Sequence record: LC739534.1
DNA: 64,000 nucleotides
Strand: one strand, 5' to 3'
Source: Escherichia phage phiWec181
Every line of letters starts with the position of its first letter. Positions within the stretch are counted from its first letter, which is position 1. The notes below the pieces were generated by a model. That model did no database searches. It saw nothing but the letters and a program-made list of their open reading frames with translations, and had not been told where the DNA came from. The translations under genes were made by a program, and so were the position numbers. Shown in pieces: positions 61,382 to 64,000 of the stretch.

Positions 61382-61777
61382 ATGACTGAACGTTCAAAAG
61401 TAAGTGTTGAAACTGAATACAGCGAATACCTGAACAGTTTGATACTTGTTGAAAAAGATGTAATAGGTCTGGATAACTCGTTCTTCTTTCAAATCCTGAT
61501 AGGTAAGGGTGGACACCGAAAGTTATTCTCTCGCGTGGAAGACTCTGACCTATCCGAAACTGAAATAACGGTTAAAGAACTTATTAGCCTACAGGATAAC
61601 ATCCGAAAAGTTATTGACACAGCCGGGAACGCTGTTACAATAAAACTCGACATGCATTCTGTGCAATTTGTTCATTTTCCGAATGGAGAAATTGGAGTTG
61701 GAATAGGTAAAGGTAAGTACCTTTTAGAAAAAGAAAACGCAGAGCTTCTTCGTGAGTTCTGTGCAAAAACAATGTGA
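61382..61777 (+). CDS. hypothetical protein (131 aa)
   Basis: ORF. Confidence 0.55.
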   Translation: MTERSKVSVETEYSEYLNSLILVEKDVIGLDNSFFFQILIGKGGHRKLFSRVEDSDLSETEITVKELISLQDNIRKVIDTAGNAVTIKLDMHSVQFVHFPNGEIGVGIGKGKYLLEKENAELLREFCAKTM

Positions 61778-61794
61778 ATATAGAGGAGATAATA

Positions 61795-62703
61795 ATGTCC
61801 GTAATTAATACTGAAACTGATCGTAAAGGCAAAACTGTAACTTATGCAACTGGTGTTGTAGACTACGTTAAACTGGATAAATTCGCAGAGCCTAAAACCT
61901 TCCAATGGGATGGTAAGTCGATTGTTTCTACTCACCGTGCTTCACTCGTTCTGAAAGAAAAGGGTGCCAAGCAGGATGCAAAAGGGACGTGGATTAGCCT
62001 GGGTGATATTGAACTGAAAGAAGGTTACGAAAATCTTCAGGTTAAAGATGGTGATACTTGGATCACTATCGAAAAAGGTGTTGAAGTTAGTATTGATATC
62101 GACAAAGTTGATACCAAAGGCGACAAAACTTACTACAATACCAAGAAATCTCGTATCACTGTTCTTTCTACTGAAGGTGTTCAGAAGAAAGAAAATAAAT
62201 CTGGTGGGACTGGCGTTTCAGGTAATACTGGAAACAAACAATCCTTCAAAAAACGTGATACCGTAGGTCTTGAGACTGGTCATGCAGTTAACGGAGCTTT
62301 GGAACTGATTCGTAATGGTGTGAAAGGTGAAGCGTTTGATATTGCAGGTGTGGTTCAGTCTGCTACTGTGACTCTGAAAGCTGAAGTGGCTAAAGAGCGT
62401 GGCGTAGATATCAGTGATTATGATCTGGGGGCTTCTGTTGGTCACGCTGTTCTGAATGCCTGTAAAGATCATTCCGGTAAGACTGTTTCGGTAGAAGATT
62501 TGATTGAAACTGCTCGTGAAGTTCTGGCACTTTCTGACAAGGTAGCTAATGCCATTCGTGGCGCAGCAGAACAACCTAAGAAAGAAGAAGCCAAGAAAGA
62601 GCCTAAGAAGGAAGAACCGAAGCAGGAGCCTAAACAAGAACCTGCTCCTCAACAAAATCCAGAAGAACCTCCAATGGACTTCGATGATGATATTCCATTC
62701 TGA
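61795..62703 (+). CDS. ssb: single-stranded DNA-binding protein (302 aa)
   Basis: ATG 61795 with AGAGGAG RBS; Lys/Glu/Pro-rich linker and acidic tail ending DFDDDIPF. Confidence 0.75.
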   Translation: MSVINTETDRKGKTVTYATGVVDYVKLDKFAEPKTFQWDGKSIVSTHRASLVLKEKGAKQDAKGTWISLGDIELKEGYENLQVKDGDTWITIEKGVEVSIDIDKVDTKGDKTYYNTKKSRITVLSTEGVQKKENKSGGTGVSGNTGNKQSFKKRDTVGLETGHAVNGALELIRNGVKGEAFDIAGVVQSATVTLKAEVAKERGVDISDYDLGASVGHAVLNACKDHSGKTVSVEDLIETAREVLALSDKVANAIRGAAEQPKKEEAKKEPKKEEPKQEPKQEPAPQQNPEEPPMDFDDDIPF

Positions 62704-62730
62704 TCTTATTGATTTATAAAGAGTTTTTAT

Positions 62731-62766
62731 AAAAGAAAAGGGAACCTTTGCGGGTTCCCTTTTTTA
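62731..62766. terminator. bidirectional intrinsic terminator
   Basis: A-run, GGGAACC-TTTGC-GGGTTCCC hairpin, T-run, between convergent genes. Confidence 0.8.
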
Positions 62767-64000
62767 TTAGTCGTAATATTTCAAACCTGTAATAAACTTC
62801 GATCCCCAATCCGCACTTGCGGCGGTGAACGTCAACATCCAAGTTGTAGCTGTACCAGTGAAGACCTCTCGTTGCACAGTACCATCAGTGTGGTAAATGT
62901 CCACGCCAGTATGTCCATTCTTAGGAATAGTGAAGGTAACAGCACTGGTAGTGTCTCGTGCATAAGAACAAACAAATGGTGTCCCCGCCCAGACTGGATT
63001 TGTCAAATCACCCATCTCAAGTTGTGGAACCCAAGCAATAAGACCTGCCGTACCATCTCCTGCGAAAGTGTCTGATCCACTTGCATTCAAAGCTATAATC
63101 TCATAGGTTATAGATGCTTGTTTGGCAACTGTCACTTTGTGTAGAATTACACGATACCAACCATTCCCCATATCGATTATGTTTGCATCTGCACCTGTAA
63201 ATGTTCCAGCTACAAGATCATAAGTCCCTTCGTTAATCTCATCTCCTGAAGTCAATTTGAGTTTCACTTTAGTGATCCCGTCTGGCTTCAAGAATACGGA
63301 TGCCGCCCAGTGCTTACCTGCTGTAATATCAGAAGCTGTATTCACTGCTGATAAAATATGTTGTCCTGAAGTTGTAGAAGGTGTTAACTTGTAAGTGTTA
63401 GCCGTAGTTCCAATCGGAGAGTTGATTGTTGATGCTGTGACTGTCAAGTTCGTCTTCAACCACGGGGAAGCTGTTGTCAAGTTATTGTTGATAAAGATAT
63501 GTGTACGGTTGGCTGCTACAACACGTCTACCTTGTGGAGTTGTACCAACATATTCTAAAGGTGCTACGGGAGCAGAACTCTCTGTAGGTACAAGGATATC
63601 TCCAGAAGTCCTGGCATAACGGTTACTCCTGTTGACCTTTACATCCACCGGAATAGTTTCTTGCGTCAAATCATAGTCCATCACAATCACCACAGCATTC
63701 ACTGCGAGATAAGAACTATCTTCGGCAGTTACCACGCCTTGATAAGTTGCTCTACAACCAATACGACAATCTCCATCAGTAACCGCTGTAATAACGCCTG
63801 TAACGGGGTCAACTGTTGCTACTGTAGGGTCGTTAGAGAAATACTCAACAACCATACCAGGGAGGTTTTCTGCCCCTGCTGGGGTTATTTCTGCCACCAA
63901 TGTTTGCGTTGTCCCTTCATCCATAGCTGAAAGACTTGGAGTATACACTTCCAACGTTGAAGCATAACCTCCAGAGCTATCTGATAAAGTTGTTCCTGCT
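62767..64000 (-). CDS. tail fibre-like structural protein with Ig-like (Big_2-type) domain; 5' end beyond window
   Basis: Open frame continues to window edge; Thr/Ser/Gly-rich beta-type sequence; TVDPVTGVITAVTDGD. Confidence 0.6.
   Translation of the reverse strand, partial: AGTTLSDSSGGYASTLEVYTPSLSAMDEGTTQTLVAEITPAGAENLPGMVVEYFSNDPTVATVDPVTGVITAVTDGDCRIGCRATYQGVVTAEDSSYLAVNAVVIVMDYDLTQETIPVDVKVNRSNRYARTSGDILVPTESSAPVAPLEYVGTTPQGRRVVAANRTHIFINNNLTTASPWLKTNLTVTASTINSPIGTTANTYKLTPSTTSGQHILSAVNTASDITAGKHWAASVFLKPDGITKVKLKLTSGDEINEGTYDLVAGTFTGADANIIDMGNGWYRVILHKVTVAKQASITYEIIALNASGSDTFAGDGTAGLIAWVPQLEMGDLTNPVWAGTPFVCSYARDTTSAVTFTIPKNGHTGVDIYHTDGTVQREVFTGTATTWMLTFTAASADWGSKFITGLKYYD

Noticed and set aside
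1-64000. Prophage or integrative element interpretation
   Set aside because: No integrase, recombinase, attachment-site repeats or host housekeeping genes; content is replication, nucleotide metabolism and early genes typical of a virulent phage.

Overview
This 64 kb window reads as the early and replication region of a large virulent dsDNA phage, not bacterial chromosome; no integrase, rRNA, tRNA or CRISPR array was found. All calls rest on reading the sequence and translated ORFs by eye; no database search or folding was run. Layout: (1) 3-5080, minus-strand small genes including three tandem paralogs; (2) 5170-6625, a 1.4 kb non-coding, palindrome-rich and strand-asymmetric region; (3) 6626-19230, about 45 tiny minus-strand genes, most preceded by the same cassette of a sigma70-like promoter, a GC-rich 5'-UTR hairpin and a GA-rich RBS; (4) 19240-20590, a non-coding hub with a near-consensus promoter, GAGAAT palindromes and 60 bp direct repeats (candidate origin); (5) 20592-26112, a minus-strand operon with a NADAR-like protein, an AAA+ ATPase and a T5orf172-like zinc-ribbon protein; (6) 26247-62703, a plus-strand block with anaerobic ribonucleotide reductase NrdD/NrdG, an SF1 helicase, primase-helicase, family A DNA polymerase, SSB and HNH homing endonucleases. 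The most interesting candidate system sits in block 6: a Ter-like module (TerC-like membrane protein, TerD-domain protein, vWA protein) next to a HAD hydrolase, a PRTase-fold protein, a macrodomain protein and four glycosyltransferases. The window ends in a convergent tail-fibre-like gene.
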